NCBI GenBank assembly: GCA_003153355.1
Contig: PLYH01000003.1
Coordinates: forward strand, 38,325 to 102,324
Source: Candidatus Peregrinibacteria bacterium
Lineage (GTDB): Bacteria > Patescibacteriota > Gracilibacteria > UBA1369
Direction of reading: 5' to 3'
Length of the DNA: 64,000 bases
Shown here: positions 1-9,592 of the stretch, in pieces
How the letters are laid out: every line of letters starts with the position of its first letter
Position numbering within the stretch: the first letter of the stretch is position 1
Made by a program: the position numbers and the translations under genes
The notes under the pieces: generated by a model
Seen by the model: the letters and a program-made list of their open reading frames with translations, nothing else
What the model was told of the DNA's origin: nothing
Database searches by the model: none

Positions 1-71
1 TCACCCTTAAATACGAAAGAAATTCGGATACACTTCTGGCCATGAAAGACGGAAAAACCACAGCGTTTTAA
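1..71 (+). CDS. 3' end of a gene entering the window (…TLKYERNSDTLLAMKDGKTTAF*)
   Basis: Open frame from base 3 to TAA at 69-71, followed by a promoter. The tail loosely resembles ABC-ATPase C-termini but is too short to call. Confidence 0.4.
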   Translation, partial: TLKYERNSDTLLAMKDGKTTAF

Positions 72-77
72 AGTGCG

Positions 78-106
78 TTGTATTTTAACGCTCTTTATTT
101 TATAAT
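78..106 (+). promoter_or_regulatory. sigma70-type promoter
   Basis: TTGTAT-17 nt-TATAAT upstream of the lipoprotein trio. Confidence 0.6.
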
Positions 107-144
107 TCCTCTGATCTCCTTTTATTTTTTTATTTTTCTTTCAC

Positions 145-441
145 ATGAAAAGCAAAATGCTTATCGCAGGAGTGGCAGCTATGTCTGTCATCGCTCTTTT
201 CGGTTGCCAACAACAGCAACCAGCACCGTCAACCACAACAACAGGAAACCAGCCACAGACGGAAACATCTTCAGCTTCGTTAACAATCTCCGCTCCGACA
301 CAGGAGTCAAGCGCAGCAAGTTTGAGCATTACGGCTCCAAGTCAGCAAACAGGAGCTATGCTCCAGGGAAATATGCTTCAAATTGCGGGCAAAAAAGCGG
401 CGATTGATAATACAACCGCTAAAAAAGCTGCTGGTAATTAA
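145..441 (+). CDS. small putative lipoprotein, low complexity
   Basis: Signal peptide with lipobox LFGC; Q/T/S-rich mature part. Confidence 0.75.
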   Translation: MKSKMLIAGVAAMSVIALFGCQQQQPAPSTTTTGNQPQTETSSASLTISAPTQESSAASLSITAPSQQTGAMLQGNMLQIAGKKAAIDNTTAKKAAGN

Positions 442-471
442 TACTACTTCGGCTACAGCTATTAAATAAAT

Positions 472-723
472 ATGAATAAAACACTCGTGAACAAAATAGG
501 ATTTGTTTTGATCATGGGCCTGATGCTGGCAGGTTGCCAGGCTGAAAATTCGAATAACACGAACGTTCAGCCGGCAGCCTCCACTCAGGAGGTTCATAAT
601 GTCCCAAACACTCCTTACATCAAAGGACCAAGCAGTCCGCCGAGCGTAAAAGGCCCTAATCAGCCTTTGCCAACAGAAGGCGGAAGTGTGACGATGCAAA
701 GCGGTGCAATGACGTCAAAGTAA
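472..723 (+). CDS. small putative lipoprotein
   Basis: MNKTLVNKIGFVLIMGLMLAGC lipobox; P/S/N-rich mature part. Confidence 0.75.
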   Translation: MNKTLVNKIGFVLIMGLMLAGCQAENSNNTNVQPAASTQEVHNVPNTPYIKGPSSPPSVKGPNQPLPTEGGSVTMQSGAMTSK

Positions 724-734
724 TATTTTAAATC

Positions 735-959
735 ATGAATCGATCTTTACTGAATAAAATAGGATTGGTGTTCTTGATGAGTCTCATTTTGACGGGTTGT
801 CAGACTCAACAAAATACTCAGGGGCAGCCTGCGGATCAAAATGTCAACAATATTTCAAACTCCCCTTCGGGCTCCGATGGTGGAATTCCGTCATTGACTC
901 AACAAGATCAGCCTCAGGCAATCACGGAAACCGAGCAGCAAAAGTTTACTTTGAACTAG
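735..959 (+). CDS. small putative lipoprotein
   Basis: MNRSLLNKIGLVFLMSLILTGC lipobox; signal peptide paralogous to the previous gene. Confidence 0.75.
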   Translation: MNRSLLNKIGLVFLMSLILTGCQTQQNTQGQPADQNVNNISNSPSGSDGGIPSLTQQDQPQAITETEQQKFTLN

Positions 960-1005
960 CAAAAGTTTTTGATAGACTCTATCCAACTTCTTGAGTCTTT
1001 TCTTT

Positions 1006-2202
1006 ATGGACGTCTACCAACAATCGCTGGAACTTCATGAAAAAAATCATGGAAAGCTGGCGGTCCAGTCCAAAGTTCCTTTGGCGAACCGTGAGGATTT
1101 GAGTTTAGCGTATACGCCCGGCGTCGCGGAACCATGCCGTAAAATCGCCCAAAATCCTGATGATGTTTATAAATATACGATGAAATCCAATACCGTGGCG
1201 GTGATTACCGACGGCTCAGCAGTCTTGGGATTGGGAAACATCGGAGCTGCAGCCGGTCTGCCGGTGATGGAAGGAAAATGTCTTTTGTTTAAACAGTTCG
1301 GAGGCGTTGATGCTTTCCCGATCTGCATCAAGACGCAGGACGTTGATGAGATCGTGAATATCGTAAAAAATATCGCTGTCGGGTTCGGAGGGATTAATCT
1401 TGAGGATATTTCTGCCCCGCGCTGTTTTGAAATTGAAGAACGATTAAAAAAAGAACTGGATATTCCGGTGTTTCATGATGATCAGCACGGCACCGCGATC
1501 GTGGTGCTGGCGGGCGTCATTAATGCGATTAAACTGGCCGGGAAAAAACTGAGCGACATGAAGATCGTGATGTCGGGAAGCGGAGCCGCGGGCATTGCCA
1601 CCGCAAAACTGTTATTGAATTACGGAGCAAAGAATTTGATTTTGTGCGACCGCACTGGCGCGATCTATAAAACGCGCGGCGATCTGGACGGCCCCGCCAG
1701 CTCGGCGATGGCACGTCACCTTAGTTCCGGCCACGCGCCGAAATATCTGATCGCAATCATGTCCAATCCGAATGAAGAAAAAGGACCACTCGATGACATC
1801 ATCAAAGGTGCGGATATGTTCATCGGTGTTTCCAGCGGCGGACTTTTGACTGCGGACATGGTCAAAACGATGGCTCCAAAGGCCATTGTTTTTGGCATGG
1901 CCAATCCCACTCCTGAAATCATGCCGGATGTCGCCCACGCCGCGGGCGCGTTCATCGTGGGCACGGGCCGGTCGGATTTCCCAAATCAAATCAATAACGT
2001 TCTGGCTTTCCCCGGAATTTTCCGCGGCGTTCTTGACGTCCGCGCTCCGCAGATTACGGAAGAAATGAAACTTGCCGCGGCAGAAGCTTTGGCGGCGCTT
2101 GTAAAAAATCCCACCGTCGATAAAATTGTTCCCGGAGTTTTTGATCCGGGCGTGGCTGACGCTGTGGCGGAAGCCGTGAAGAAATGCGCGGCAAAAGTTT
2201 AG
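1006..2202 (+). CDS. NAD(P)-dependent malic enzyme (short form)
   Basis: LSLAYTPGVAEPC, VMEGK, INLEDI, FHDDQHGTA, GSGAAG and TGRSDFPNQINN motifs; ATG at 1006 preferred to TTG at 991. Confidence 0.95.
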   Translation: MDVYQQSLELHEKNHGKLAVQSKVPLANREDLSLAYTPGVAEPCRKIAQNPDDVYKYTMKSNTVAVITDGSAVLGLGNIGAAAGLPVMEGKCLLFKQFGGVDAFPICIKTQDVDEIVNIVKNIAVGFGGINLEDISAPRCFEIEERLKKELDIPVFHDDQHGTAIVVLAGVINAIKLAGKKLSDMKIVMSGSGAAGIATAKLLLNYGAKNLILCDRTGAIYKTRGDLDGPASSAMARHLSSGHAPKYLIAIMSNPNEEKGPLDDIIKGADMFIGVSSGGLLTADMVKTMAPKAIVFGMANPTPEIMPDVAHAAGAFIVGTGRSDFPNQINNVLAFPGIFRGVLDVRAPQITEEMKLAAAEALAALVKNPTVDKIVPGVFDPGVADAVAEAVKKCAAKV

Positions 2203-5195
2203 GGGTTCGCGAGTGAAGTTTCGATCTTTGCAGACAGCGACCGGATTTCCATCAAGATATCCTGCATATCTTTTGGCAGAAGGGTGGTCTTTGGGCGAAA
2301 CTCGTCCTTTCCGTCAAACGCTAACGCGATTTTATCTTCAAGGTCCGTAAGGAGTCTCTGAATTCCTTCCGCTTCTTCAGGTTTTCTGAACCAAAGATCG
2401 TCCAGGGCGGTGCGGAATCCTTCGATATTCACACGGGCACGGTCTCTATTTTCGAACGACGGATTGGAATAATTAATAAGCAATAATTCTCTCCAATAAT
2501 ATTCCAGTTTTTTTGCCTGACGGACATCATATTCATAGATGAAAAGCTGTTCGCGGGTCCGGTTTTCTCCTGACTGCTGTTCTTTGGTCATACCGCAGGC
2601 CGTGACGAGATTTTCCATCAGGCGCATCAGTTTCTGGAATTTGAAATAGGCCGGCGTAAAACTTGTCTCCTGGCAGCGCTTTATAAACGGATTGCTTTCT
2701 AAAAATGCGGTGAAGTGTGTACTTTCTTTTGGAGTAACCCGGATTTCCAGTTTTATTGCCGGACCGGCTGTATTTTGCGCTCCGCTAATTGTTTCAAGCA
2801 TATTAAGGACGCGCGTATATTGGTTGATGTAGTGCTGTTCCAGTTCCGCCAGTTCATCAGGCGTAAGATTGTTGGCCAGAATTTTCTCTTCGATTTTTTC
2901 AAGTTTCGTCGTTTCTTCAACCCAGTCCAGCGTGACACCACTGTTTTTCAATTTTCCGCTTTGCATCGCCACTCTTGAATCCTTGCTGAACTCTCCGATC
3001 TGTTTTCGCAAAGCATAAAGATCGACTGTCTCGGCCGTGATCTCATCAATATAATTCTTCATGATCGTGTCCATGGTATTGGTCATGCGGACAAGCGTTT
3101 CGTAAGACGCTCCACGGAGAATGGCATGAGAACGGCGCTCGGTGAGACACTTTTCCTGGTACGCGCGGAAATTACTGATATTGCCATGCATGATGATTAA
3201 TTTTTCCTTTAATTCTTCAACTCCCGCATACTTTTCTTCCTTGGATCTGCCGGGATTTGCCATGGCTTCCGCCATAACTTCATTCACGGGCCTGAGTCTT
3301 TCGATAAAATAATGAAGGCGCTTGCGAAGTTCGGCGGCCTGTTCTTCATATTTTTCAAATTCAGGGAGCACGTCCTTTTTGGTGACTTCAGGTTTAAATG
3401 CTTTTACGAGCTGATACACGGTCGTACTGAGATCATCGATCAACAGATTGATGAAGTCATGGATGTCGTAACTCAACGTACCGATCGTTACCTGGGCGAG
3501 ATCCTGGTTTTCTTCGTTAACGGGAATATTGTGAAGATGGGTTGCCCGAAGAGCGGGCCGGGTTTCATTGAGTCCGGCATTCAGCACCATGGCGCTCCCC
3601 CAGTAAGCCTCTTTCAGTTTTTCGTTGGCGAGATCGTCCGGTAATTCAACGGTGACCGGAATCTCGATATCATTTTCAAGAACTTCACTTGTTTTTTCAA
3701 TGACGCTCCTTACGATCCCATGAACGTCCTGAAAGCGGAATGGCGTGCTTTGTTCGTCATAATCAATACCAAGACCTTCGGACCCTTCATTCCTCTCAGG
3801 GAAAAAAGGTTGAGGTACCTGGCTGGTATCAACTTCAACGTTAAAGTCGATGCCCAAGTCGGTATCCCCTTCCATTTCATGCGTTCCGTTCAATGCGTTC
3901 GCATTCGTTTCATTGTCATGTTCAAGTTTGTCGGCAAGAATGTTGAACCTTGTGGAAAGGTCTTCAACTTCCCTCAAAATAAACGGAGCCGGGAAAAGCA
4001 TGCGGTGAGGATAGACGATATGTTTTCCGGTCGGAGTTTGCTGTACCTCGTGCATGCTCCAAACCCATTCCAAATAGGACAAAATGGTGCTGATCTGTTT
4101 TAACAAGCGCTTGTAATCATGCTTCAGATCTTCGTCCTTGATGCTTTCAACCGTTTCAACGAACAACGGATATGACGCTATTCTCCTTTTGCGGACCTGC
4201 ATGTGGTTTTCCAACACCATCAATTTCGGGAAAGTGTCCATGTATTTTTTGGAAAAATCTTTGATGAGCGTGCGTTTATCATCCAGTTCTCCCTGAATGC
4301 GCATCTCTTTTTCATTTTCGGTTTCGTCCACGGGCTTTCTGATATTGCCAAGCTTGAATCCGCCGAATCTTATGAACATCTCTTCAGTGCTTTGAATGAA
4401 TGTTCCAAGTTTTACGATTTCGTCCATATAGTCCAGTCCTTGTCTCTGGCCTTCTTTTTGAAAAGAGACTCTGCGGAAGGGCTCCACGGCCGTTAAGGCA
4501 TCGACGACACCCGACAAATCGGCAAAACTGGCGTTGCCATTTTTTTTGCCGGTTTTTTTTCCTTCATTTATTTTCTGAATACATTTACGGATTTCACTCA
4601 ATGCCTGAATGAATTTCGCTTTTTCTTCATCGCGTAAATCAAGCGCTTTAAAATAGACGCCCAGCAGTTCGCGGGTCTCCTGCGGAGAAGCTCCTCCGAC
4701 GAGGGCGAGGAAGAGATCCTTTGGCAATTGTTCCTTTAAAATTACCATGAAGTTCTGATCGAACGTTTTTTCATCGGGCTTACCCATTCCTACAATGATT
4801 TTCAGTCTGCCCAACTGCCTGACCGCTTTCGTCAGTTGAACCAGCTGAGGCGTTTGCAAACGGCCGAGTTCGCGACCGCGGAACCGTTTCGTCTCTTCGT
4901 AGAGCGCGTCCATGAGCTTGATCAAATTGGAAAAAGACAGGTTGCGATCCTGTTTCACTTCCTCTTCCAGCAGCGCAATCTTATCCATTTTCAAAGCAAT
5001 CGCTTTGACGATCTGGAAAAAATATCCCATGCCTTCGTAGCTTTGAGATTCCTTTGAATTTAATCTGCTGAGCCAATCCTGATAGACCGCCAAGTCAACG
5101 GCATCCATATCAGGTTTGAGCAATGCTCCGATGTCGACTGCGATTTCCGGCGCATTCTGATCATCCTGACTTCTGATTTCTTTTGAATCGTTCAT
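2199..5195 (-). CDS. large alpha-helical hypothetical protein (998 aa)
   Basis: Long ORF, E/K/L-rich, no signal peptide. Start placed at ATG 5195 because a promoter lies at 5246-5273. Confidence 0.85.
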   Translation of the reverse strand: MNDSKEIRSQDDQNAPEIAVDIGALLKPDMDAVDLAVYQDWLSRLNSKESQSYEGMGYFFQIVKAIALKMDKIALLEEEVKQDRNLSFSNLIKLMDALYEETKRFRGRELGRLQTPQLVQLTKAVRQLGRLKIIVGMGKPDEKTFDQNFMVILKEQLPKDLFLALVGGASPQETRELLGVYFKALDLRDEEKAKFIQALSEIRKCIQKINEGKKTGKKNGNASFADLSGVVDALTAVEPFRRVSFQKEGQRQGLDYMDEIVKLGTFIQSTEEMFIRFGGFKLGNIRKPVDETENEKEMRIQGELDDKRTLIKDFSKKYMDTFPKLMVLENHMQVRKRRIASYPLFVETVESIKDEDLKHDYKRLLKQISTILSYLEWVWSMHEVQQTPTGKHIVYPHRMLFPAPFILREVEDLSTRFNILADKLEHDNETNANALNGTHEMEGDTDLGIDFNVEVDTSQVPQPFFPERNEGSEGLGIDYDEQSTPFRFQDVHGIVRSVIEKTSEVLENDIEIPVTVELPDDLANEKLKEAYWGSAMVLNAGLNETRPALRATHLHNIPVNEENQDLAQVTIGTLSYDIHDFINLLIDDLSTTVYQLVKAFKPEVTKKDVLPEFEKYEEQAAELRKRLHYFIERLRPVNEVMAEAMANPGRSKEEKYAGVEELKEKLIIMHGNISNFRAYQEKCLTERRSHAILRGASYETLVRMTNTMDTIMKNYIDEITAETVDLYALRKQIGEFSKDSRVAMQSGKLKNSGVTLDWVEETTKLEKIEEKILANNLTPDELAELEQHYINQYTRVLNMLETISGAQNTAGPAIKLEIRVTPKESTHFTAFLESNPFIKRCQETSFTPAYFKFQKLMRLMENLVTACGMTKEQQSGENRTREQLFIYEYDVRQAKKLEYYWRELLLINYSNPSFENRDRARVNIEGFRTALDDLWFRKPEEAEGIQRLLTDLEDKIALAFDGKDEFRPKTTLLPKDMQDILMEIRSLSAKIETSLANP

Positions 5196-5245
5196 GATTA
5201 TGGGAATGGTGTAAAATTTTGACGAGTTTTGGAGTAAGGCCAGAT

Positions 5246-5273
5246 ATTTTAACATTTTTATTAAATATGTCAA
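5246..5273 (-). promoter_or_regulatory. sigma70-type promoter with extended -10
   Basis: TTGACA-16 nt-TAAAAT, with TG one base upstream of the -10. Confidence 0.65.
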
Positions 5274-5339
5274 TTCTTTTCCTGGCACTGTGATGCTTCC
5301 ATGTTAATATAAGCAAGTCTTTTTTCGGGTATTACACTT

Positions 5340-6035
5340 ATGAGTTCCCTGTTTATTGTTGCCCATCGAGGCGGAAAAGGCCCCCATGAAGAAAATACGC
5401 TGGATGCGCTGAAATATGGCTTAAAGCAATGCGGAAATGCCGTCGAAATGGATGTTCGTTTCGATCATCTGCGCAGACGTTTTTACCTGGAGCACGATTT
5501 TCTTCATTCATTGAGGAAAAACGCCAACGTTATTGATAAAGTCGTTCCTTTTTTGCCAACGAAGGCCACGCTTTTTGTTGAGCTTAAAACGCTTTACTGG
5601 CTGCGCAGGCGCTATGCGGTCAGATTTTTGAAAGTGATTGAACAGTTTGCCCTGGATAAGCGTGCGATCATCATGTCATTTAATCCATTTGTGCTGACGC
5701 AGCTCAGGAACCGCGCGCCGTATTTGCATGTAGGCTTTTTGATCAACAGCCGGTTCTGGGGATTCGTGATGAGGCACTGGCTTTATTGGCTTTTTAAGCC
5801 GAATTATTTAATGCTCAACCGTCATTTCTTTAAAAAACCTGCGTTTTTACACTTGATGCTAGATTTTGCCAAAGAACATAACATCAAAGTTCTGACTTTT
5901 ACTGCCAACAGCCCGGAAGATTGGTATAATGCGCTCAAGTATAAAATGGACGGGGTGATTACGGATTATCCAAAAGAAGCTTGTGAAATTTTGACCAAAC
6001 ACACCGGGGTCGCCCAAGGTACTCATACCCGTTAA
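5340..6035 (+). CDS. glycerophosphodiester phosphodiesterase family protein
   Basis: VAHRGG, EENTL, VEMDV, VELK, MSFN, DGVITDYP. Confidence 0.85.
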   Translation: MSSLFIVAHRGGKGPHEENTLDALKYGLKQCGNAVEMDVRFDHLRRRFYLEHDFLHSLRKNANVIDKVVPFLPTKATLFVELKTLYWLRRRYAVRFLKVIEQFALDKRAIIMSFNPFVLTQLRNRAPYLHVGFLINSRFWGFVMRHWLYWLFKPNYLMLNRHFFKKPAFLHLMLDFAKEHNIKVLTFTANSPEDWYNALKYKMDGVITDYPKEACEILTKHTGVAQGTHTR

Positions 6036-6047
6036 CCGATTTGATCT

Positions 6048-6806
6048 ATGTCAGGACATTCCAAATGGCATTCGATTAAGCATAAAAAAGCAGCTACGGA
6101 TGCTAAGAAGGGGAAAATATTTACGAAACATGCCAAACTGGTAGCGATTGCAGCCCGGGGCGGCGGCGATCCGGACGAGAATCCGGCTTTGCGTTTAGCG
6201 ATCGATAATGCGCGCGCGGAAAACATGCCAAGAGAAAACATTGAACGCGCCATTAAAAAAGGCACAGGCGAAGCCAAGGGCGCTGCGGTGATGGAAGAGA
6301 TTTTTTATGAAGGGTTTGGGCCGGGCGGCGCGGCTTTGTACATTGAAACCCTCACCGATAACCGCAACCGGACTTTGACGAACGTGAAGCATGTCTTTAC
6401 CAAGAACGGCGGCAATTTTGGATCCGCGGGCACGGTGGGATATTTGTTTAAGAAAAAGGGAGTGATGAACATTAAGATTTCCGAAGCCGGAAAAAGTGTG
6501 GACGACATTGAACTCGCGGCCATTGATGCCGGCGCGGAAGACGTTATCAGCGATGGTGAAACGATGACGATTTATACCGAACCGACCGCTGTGATGAAAG
6601 CGAAAGCGGCACTTGAGGCTTCAGGCGTAAAAGTGTCATCAGCTTCGCAAACTTATGTCCCGCAAACCAGCGTTCAAATTTCCGATGCCGAAGTCGCGAA
6701 ACAACTGCTGAAACTCATTGAACTCATCGAAGAAGACGAAGACGTTTCCGAAGTGTTCAGCAACTTTGATATTGCCGAGGAGATTCTGGATAAACTTGGA
6801 GACTAA
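6048..6806 (+). CDS. yebC: YebC/PmpR family protein
   Basis: MSGHSKWHSIKHKK, NPALRLAI, YEGFGPGG, LTDNRNRT. Confidence 0.95.
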   Translation: MSGHSKWHSIKHKKAATDAKKGKIFTKHAKLVAIAARGGGDPDENPALRLAIDNARAENMPRENIERAIKKGTGEAKGAAVMEEIFYEGFGPGGAALYIETLTDNRNRTLTNVKHVFTKNGGNFGSAGTVGYLFKKKGVMNIKISEAGKSVDDIELAAIDAGAEDVISDGETMTIYTEPTAVMKAKAALEASGVKVSSASQTYVPQTSVQISDAEVAKQLLKLIELIEEDEDVSEVFSNFDIAEEILDKLGD

Positions 6807-8335
6807 TCCTCGAACTTATAGGTGACGCTGTCGTCGAGTTTGAAGATGTCCGCATTCGCGTCTCCGCTTACCGCCTTGCGCATGATGACGTCGGTGAAAC
6901 TTGCATCATTTGTAGCGGTCGCATCGGGGCCCCCGAGACCCGTTGCTCCCTCGCTCCGCTTCGCTTCGCCCTCGCGCCGTGCGCTCGGTGTGGATTTCTG
7001 AACTTCGGTTTTTGGATTCGGTTTTGCGGTATGTTTTTCGGTGACGGTTTTTTCGGGTTTTGGGTCCGTCGTTTTTTCTACCGGTTTGGCGTCGAGCTTG
7101 GGGATGAACATTTTTTCGATCATGGCCTTGGCGTCGATTGGAGTTTGCACGGAGGTTTCCATTGTTTGCTCGTCGTGGTCTTTGGGGAGTCTGGCCTGCT
7201 GGTAGGCGCGGATTTTTTCAATAACCATCTGTTCGATGCCTGCCAGGTCGTCGCTTTTGATTTTGAATCCTGCTGCGCGGACATGGCCTCCGCCGCCGAA
7301 CATTTCGGCGATCATGCTGGCGTCGATTGAAGGGTTCAGGGTGCGGACGCTTCCGCCGATGTAGCCATCGCTGCGGTGTTTTAAAATCAGGACGACTTCC
7401 GTGCCTGGAGCGTTGGTCATGAGTTCATCGATGATGCCGCCGGTTTCATCTTCGCGCGCGCCGGTTTCCTGAAAATCTTTGCGGCTGATAGTGGCCCACA
7501 CGAAATGGTTTTTGTTATCGACCTTGATGTTGCTTAAAATGCGGCCCCACAAACGCAGCATGGAGAGGCGCTTGGTTTTGAAAACGTGCTGGATAATTTC
7601 CTGCTGGCGCGCGCCGTATTTGACCAGATGAGCGGCCGCGGCAAACGAACGGGGCGTGGTGTTGGCGTTCTGAAAACTTCCGGTATCCGTGATGATTCCG
7701 GCAAGAAGCAGTGTGGCAATATCTTCATCCATTAATTTTACGCCGGTCTTATCTTCCATTTCTTCGATGAGCGGCACCAGAATTTCTGTTGTTGCCGAAG
7801 CCATAATATCAACGTAATTGATTTTTCCGAACTGGCCGTTCGACGCGTGATGATCAATGTTGATGACGGGAATCTGCGTGAAAAGTTCGGTGTTGTCTTC
7901 GTAAAATCTTCCGAGCTGTAAAAGGTCGGCTGTATCAACAGTAATGATAAGATCGTACTTGCTCGGGCCGTGGCTGAACGAAACTTCTTCAGCTGAAAAC
8001 TGGCCTTTCTTCGCGGTTATAATGATGTTCACCTTATTCGGTTCGATTTTAGTGCGGATGGTGTCGATCCTGTTTTTTTCGCAGTCCAAAGTAACGATAA
8101 AATCGTTGCCCGGCGCAAATTCATGGTTGATGACGTTCGTGGTCGGAAGAAACTGAAATGAATCGGGAACGGGCTCGGCGCAGACGACCGTTACATTCTT
8201 ATTGAGCTTTTTAAAGGCCAGATAGAGCGCCAAGGAACTGCCGAGTGAATCACCGTCGACCGGCGCGGAAGGCATCAATAAAATATTGTTGCTCCTTTGA
8301 ATAACTTCGATAATTTGTTGGCGGATTTTTTCCAT
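6803..8335 (-). CDS. DHH/DHHA1 phosphoesterase (NrnA-like) with disordered C-terminal tail
   Basis: DGDSLGS, TVD, NIDHH, GIITDTGSF, GGGGHVRAAG. Confidence 0.9.
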   Translation of the reverse strand: MEKIRQQIIEVIQRSNNILLMPSAPVDGDSLGSSLALYLAFKKLNKNVTVVCAEPVPDSFQFLPTTNVINHEFAPGNDFIVTLDCEKNRIDTIRTKIEPNKVNIIITAKKGQFSAEEVSFSHGPSKYDLIITVDTADLLQLGRFYEDNTELFTQIPVINIDHHASNGQFGKINYVDIMASATTEILVPLIEEMEDKTGVKLMDEDIATLLLAGIITDTGSFQNANTTPRSFAAAAHLVKYGARQQEIIQHVFKTKRLSMLRLWGRILSNIKVDNKNHFVWATISRKDFQETGAREDETGGIIDELMTNAPGTEVVLILKHRSDGYIGGSVRTLNPSIDASMIAEMFGGGGHVRAAGFKIKSDDLAGIEQMVIEKIRAYQQARLPKDHDEQTMETSVQTPIDAKAMIEKMFIPKLDAKPVEKTTDPKPEKTVTEKHTAKPNPKTEVQKSTPSARREGEAKRSEGATGLGGPDATATNDASFTDVIMRKAVSGDANADIFKLDDSVTYKFED

Positions 8336-8369
8336 AAGGTCCCTTATTTGGATTCAGAAATATCTGTAA

Positions 8370-8398
8370 ATTATACGATATTTTTGCCATTTGGTCAA
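8370..8398 (-). promoter_or_regulatory. sigma70-type promoter of the DHH gene
   Basis: TTGACC-17 nt-TATAAT. Confidence 0.7.
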
Positions 8399-8551
8399 TC
8401 TTCTTCGGGCAACGTTCTGCGAAGGCACAACTTTAGCAAAGGGCTCCAAGCGGTGCAAGGAGAAAAGCTTTTGAGAAATTGACGCGGCGGATGTTGCCGG
8501 GGCCAGTTCTTTTGCAGTAAGGTAAAAAAGTGAACATCTAAAATTTCAGCG

Positions 8552-9592
8552 ATGAAGACACCACAAAAAGCGACTTCAAATAATATTCGTAAAGCCGCAA
8601 AAATTCTTGCTGCGGGCGGGTTGGTGGCTTTTCCCACGGAAACGGTTTATGGGCTTGGGGCGAACGCTTTAAACGCGCAGGCAGTGGATAAAATTTTTAA
8701 GGCGAAAGGCAGGCCGTCCGATAATCCTCTGATCGTTCATATTGCAAATCAGCGTGAATTGAAAATGGTCGCGCGCGATGTTCCCGAAGTCGCGCGGAAA
8801 CTGATGAAAAAATTCTGGCCCGGACCTCTGACGTTTGTTCTTCAAAAAACTGCAGCCGTTCCGGATAATGTCACCGCCGGCGGAAAAACCGTTGCCGTGC
8901 GCATGCCGAAAAATAAGATCGCACTGGCTTTGATCAAAGCCGTCGGATGTCCGGTTGCCGCGCCTTCGGCAAATCTCGCGGGCAAACCAAGTCCGACTTC
9001 AGCGGAACATGTGTCTGAAGATTTAGACGGAAAAGTGGATATGATTCTGGACGGCGGAAAAACTTTTCACGGTCTGGAATCTACGGTCATCGATGTCACG
9101 CGCAAAAAAATTGAGATTTTGCGGAGCGGAGCAATTACCGCAGAGATGCTGGCAAAAGTGCTTGGCTACAAGCCGAAAATCGTTACCAACAAAACTGGCG
9201 CAAAAGGCAAAGTCCGTTCGCCGGGAATGAAATACAAACATTACGCGCCGAGTGTTCCGCTTTTTTTGATCGGAATTTCTGATGAAAAAAAAATGGTGCG
9301 CCTGTTGCAAAAAGAGCTGGTCGTTTTGACGAAGAAAAAAATGAGGGTCGGTGTTTTGTGCGTCAAAGAGCATGCGTCATTTTATGCGGCGGCAAAATAT
9401 CCGTCGATGAAAAAAATCGTGACATGCGGTTCGCTCAAAAAACCTAAAAAATTCGCGCAGGAACTTTATAATGCGCTTCGGAAATTCAGCAAAAAAAATG
9501 TCGATCTTATTCTTGCGGAAAACATCGGCAAAGAAGGCATTGCGCACGCCGCTTATGACCGTTTAAGCCGCGCCGCGACAAAAATTCTTTAA
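8552..9592 (+). CDS. sua5: L-threonylcarbamoyladenylate synthase, Sua5 type
   Basis: VAFPTETVYGLGA, KGRPSDNPLIVH, APSAN, SPGMKYKHYAP and a C-terminal SUA5 domain. Confidence 0.95.
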   Translation: MKTPQKATSNNIRKAAKILAAGGLVAFPTETVYGLGANALNAQAVDKIFKAKGRPSDNPLIVHIANQRELKMVARDVPEVARKLMKKFWPGPLTFVLQKTAAVPDNVTAGGKTVAVRMPKNKIALALIKAVGCPVAAPSANLAGKPSPTSAEHVSEDLDGKVDMILDGGKTFHGLESTVIDVTRKKIEILRSGAITAEMLAKVLGYKPKIVTNKTGAKGKVRSPGMKYKHYAPSVPLFLIGISDEKKMVRLLQKELVVLTKKKMRVGVLCVKEHASFYAAAKYPSMKKIVTCGSLKKPKKFAQELYNALRKFSKKNVDLILAENIGKEGIAHAAYDRLSRAATKIL

